The notes under the pieces are model-generated. The model saw only the letters and a program-made list of their open reading frames with translations. It was not told where the DNA came from and ran no database searches. From the NCBI GenBank assembly GCA_963822965.1, contig CAWGJT010000009.1, positions 224,001 through 288,000 on the forward strand: DNA of 64,000 bases, given 5' to 3'. Each line of letters opens with the position of its first letter. Positions within the stretch are counted from its first letter, which is position 1. This document shows positions 61,039-64,000 of the stretch, in pieces. Both the position numbers and the translations under genes were made by a program. The stretch is from an uncultured delta proteobacterium (GTDB lineage Bacteria > Myxococcota_A > UBA9160 > UBA4427).

Positions 61039-62316
61039 ATGGATCCCCAGGACACGCTCGAGATCGTCTTCTTCAGTCGAGCGGCCTTCGAGCACGAGTA
61101 CACCACGAACATCGCGAACGGTGGGATCTTCGTGGCGACCGAGCAGCATCTCGAGGTCCGGCAGAAGGTGTCCGTGCGCGTCAAGCTCGCGTACGCGCGC
61201 AAGGGCACCACGCTTCGCGGCGAGGTCGTGCACGTGGTGGGTCCCGAGCTGGCCGAGAGCGGAGCCACTCCCGGCGTGGCCGTCCAGCTCGAAGCGGCAC
61301 CGAACGAGATCCGGCGCCTCTTCGCCCCCCTCTTCGAGTCCGGCTTCGAGTCCGGCCCGGTGCCCGCGCCGGAGAGCGGCGCGGCCGAACCGGGCCGGAC
61401 TACCGGTCGCCCGGCCGCAGCAGCGCCGAAGGATCGGCGGGGCGCCCCCCGCAGCCGTGCCCGCGTGCGTGCCCGCGTGCACTGCCCGGGCTGCGACATG
61501 ATCGAGGGCCGGACGCGCGATCTCAGCATCAGCGGCGTGCTCGTCTCCATCGGCAACGGGCCCGTGATCGACGTCGGCGAGCCCGTGAAGGTGTGGATCA
61601 CGAATCCCCAGACGGGCGTCGAGCGCGAGATCCTGGGCAAGGTGGCGCGACACGTGAAGGGCGAGGGGGGCGTCGTACGTGCCATCGGCGTGCAGTTCTT
61701 CATCCACGACTGCGACAAGCAGGCCGTCGAGAGCTTCCTGCGCGACCTGCGGTCCGCCGAACACAGCCGCCATCTCGGCGGCATCCAGGGATCGATCTCC
61801 GAGCTCGGTCTCGGCAACCTGGCTCAGACCTTCGGGCTCGCGGCGCGCGAGGGCACCCTCGACGTGATCTCCGGCGCGGAGGAGGGCTACCTGGCGTTCG
61901 AGAGCGGGCAGCTGATCGCCGCCAACGTCGGTGGGACCACGGGCGTGAAGGCGCTGGCGCGGATGCTCACCTGGACCCGGGGGCGTTTCGAGTTCCACGC
62001 GCGCATCGACCCCGCGCTGCCGAAGTCGGAGACGATCGCGCTCGACGCGGCATTGCTCGAAGCGATGCGGCTGCTGGACGAGGGCGCGCGGCCGGACCGC
62101 GACCGGCTGGCGCCGGAGACGCGCCTGGGCGTCGTCTCCGAGGTCCGTGTCGCGGCCCTCGATCTCACGAAGCTCGACGAGGCGGTGCTCGATCTCGCCG
62201 CCTCGGGCATGAACGTCCAGCGCATTCTCGACGTCGTCCCCGAGCCCGACACGGAGATCCACCTGGCCCTGTGGACCCTGGTCGAGCGCGGCCTCCTCCG
62301 GGTCGAGCCGAGCTGA
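61039..62316 (+). CDS. PilZ-PilZ-DUF4388 (PatA-N-like) protein
   Basis: NIANGGIFV, RRGAPR plus DLSISG, and IQGSISELGL...WTRGRFEF. Confidence 0.8.
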   Translation: MDPQDTLEIVFFSRAAFEHEYTTNIANGGIFVATEQHLEVRQKVSVRVKLAYARKGTTLRGEVVHVVGPELAESGATPGVAVQLEAAPNEIRRLFAPLFESGFESGPVPAPESGAAEPGRTTGRPAAAAPKDRRGAPRSRARVRARVHCPGCDMIEGRTRDLSISGVLVSIGNGPVIDVGEPVKVWITNPQTGVEREILGKVARHVKGEGGVVRAIGVQFFIHDCDKQAVESFLRDLRSAEHSRHLGGIQGSISELGLGNLAQTFGLAAREGTLDVISGAEEGYLAFESGQLIAANVGGTTGVKALARMLTWTRGRFEFHARIDPALPKSETIALDAALLEAMRLLDEGARPDRDRLAPETRLGVVSEVRVAALDLTKLDEAVLDLAASGMNVQRILDVVPEPDTEIHLALWTLVERGLLRVEPS

Positions 62317-62371
62317 GGCGGTCCCGCCGGCTTGACGCCGCACCCCCGGCAGCGCACGCTCCGAGCCGCCG

Positions 62372-63394
62372 ATGAACGCGCCCGCCGCTCCCGCAGCGCC
62401 CCGATCGCTCTACGATCGCGAGGTCACGAGCATCTCTGGCGACGAGATGGACGGCGGAGCCTGCGGGGTCTGCGGTGACGACCGCGTCGTTCCCGCCTTC
62501 CGGGTCCACGGCGTCGCACCCCCCATCGTCGTGTGCCGCACCTGCGGCCTGGGGCGCTTCCATCCCATGCTCTCGGCGGACGAGATCCGCGCGTTCTATC
62601 CCGAGGACTACTACGGCGAGCCCGGTACGAAGTTCCGGCCGGTGATCGAGCGGCTGGTGCGGGCCGTCGCCGCACGCCACATCGGGTTCCTCTCGCGTGG
62701 GCTGCCCGAAGGGGCGGCCATTCTGGACGTGGGCTGCGGCCGGGGCGTGCTGTTCGGACCGCTCGCGGATCGGGGCTTCCGGGTCCATGGCGTCGAGATG
62801 AACGAGGACGCGATCCGCGGCTGCGACCCGCGCGCTCGCGTCCGCATCGCGGAACGACTCTCGGACGCGGGCTTCGAGCCGGAGAGCTTCGACGAGGTGG
62901 TCATCTGGCACGTGCTGGAGCACATGCCCGACCCGTTCGACGCCATCGCGGAATGCGCGCGCATCCTGAAGCCGGGCGGCCGGCTGATCGTGGCCGTGCC
63001 CAACTTCTCGAGCGCCCAGGCGCGCTGGAGCGGCCCGCACTGGTTCCACCTCGACCCGCCGCGCCACCTCTACCACTTTCCCTATCCGGCGCTGCGTCGC
63101 CTGATCGAGCAGGCGGGCTTCGAGATCCGCTCGAGCCATCACTTCTCGCTGCGTCAGAACCCGTTCGGCTGGATCCAGAGCGCCCTGAACCGCCTCACCC
63201 GACAGCCCACGGGCGGGCTCTACACCCTGCTCCACCAGCATGGAAGCGGTCGTGAGGTCGACTTCTCCGCCACCACCCGCTTCGGCATGTGGTGCGGGCT
63301 CGTGCTCGGTGCGCCGCTGGCGGTGGGGCTCTCGGTGCTCGCCGCCTGGCTGCGCACGGGCGCGACGGTGCACGTGGTGGCCGTGCGGAGCTAG
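62372..63394 (+). CDS. Class I SAM-dependent methyltransferase with N-terminal CxxC pairs
   Basis: CGVC, CRTC, ILDVGCGRG, WHVLEH, PRHLYHF. Confidence 0.9.
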   Translation: MNAPAAPAAPRSLYDREVTSISGDEMDGGACGVCGDDRVVPAFRVHGVAPPIVVCRTCGLGRFHPMLSADEIRAFYPEDYYGEPGTKFRPVIERLVRAVAARHIGFLSRGLPEGAAILDVGCGRGVLFGPLADRGFRVHGVEMNEDAIRGCDPRARVRIAERLSDAGFEPESFDEVVIWHVLEHMPDPFDAIAECARILKPGGRLIVAVPNFSSAQARWSGPHWFHLDPPRHLYHFPYPALRRLIEQAGFEIRSSHHFSLRQNPFGWIQSALNRLTRQPTGGLYTLLHQHGSGREVDFSATTRFGMWCGLVLGAPLAVGLSVLAAWLRTGATVHVVAVRS

Positions 63395-64000
63395 GTTCCG
63401 GGCCCGTCCGCCTCTCGCCTTCGCCTTCGCCTTCGCCTCCCCCTCCGCCTTCGCCTTCGCCTCTGCCTCCGCCTTCCCCACCGCCTTCGCCTTCGCCTCG
63501 AGCGCGGCGGCCGCCTCCTCCTGGTCCAGGTAGCCGAGGGCGAGCAGACGCGCGCGATCCTCCTCGCTGAGTCCCTCCTCCGACGTCGTGCTCGCGGCCA
63601 GCGCACGCGACAGCTTCCGCACCCGGGCGAGCTGCTCTGCCGCCACGGGCTCCTCGCTCGCAATCACGTTCTTCGTCTCGCCGGGGTCGTTCGCGAGATC
63701 GAAGAGCACCCACCGTCCCATCTGCTTGCGATGGAACGCGCTCTTCCAGCGCCCCCGGCGGTACGTGAGGTAGTACCGCTCGGTGAGGAAGACCTCGTCC
63801 GGCTCGAGCACGTCCTCGGAACGGGGGATCGGCAGGCCCGCGGCCCGGCGCACGAGGTTGCCGATCCCGGTGGTGCGCAGGCGACGCCCCGGGTGGTCGA
63901 AGATCGCCGGGGAGACGATCAGCGGGATGTCCAGCAGCGGCTGGTAGGACGGGTTGCCCATGTGGGAGCGAGGGCGCTTCCGGTAGTGCTGCTCGCCCAG
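63391..64000 (-). CDS. C-terminal part of a sulfatase-like protein (5' truncated by the window; stop uncertain)
   Basis: HMGNPSY..LLDIPLIV, LFDLANDPGETKNV, LLALGYL, then a low-complexity (AKAE) tail. Confidence 0.8.

Noticed and set aside
62165..63390. Extension of the terminal sulfatase ORF across the methyltransferase
   Set aside because: Sulfatase similarity ends at LLALGY plus a low-complexity tail; the rest is antisense to a clear gene.

Overview
High-GC bacterial window. The gene families (Myxococcus-type PilZ/DUF4388, DUF3604, LRALGY-type sulfatases, PEP-CTERM proteins) suggest Myxococcota or a related deltaproteobacterium; this is inference. No rRNA, tRNA, CRISPR array or transposase was seen. 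The first ~30 kb holds two diverged copies of one envelope module: a TonB-dependent receptor, a divergent unnamed putative outer-membrane beta-barrel, a polytopic DxWWHL (GT-C-like) membrane protein, and a DUF3450(TtpB-like)-TtpC-ExbB-TonB-TPR(TtpD-like) operon. Both operons lack exbD. Between the copies lie an IPTL-CTERM-like surface protein with a sigma54-type promoter, a large TPR lipoprotein and a sulfatase-like protein. Many genes in 1-34 kb carry 1-2 nt frameshifts, most likely long-read errors. The right half is mostly intact metabolic and housekeeping genes: two P450s, enoyl-CoA hydratase, a molybdopterin oxidoreductase, DegQ, a sterol desaturase-like protein, PhyH and an MBL-fold sulfatase. 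It also contains a tiny His-rich PEP-CTERM protein behind a near-consensus sigma54 promoter and a GrdB/PrdB-like selenoprotein (in-frame UGA, UxxC motif, SECIS-like hairpin) that the ORF track splits in two. Family assignments come from motifs read by eye; no database search was run.
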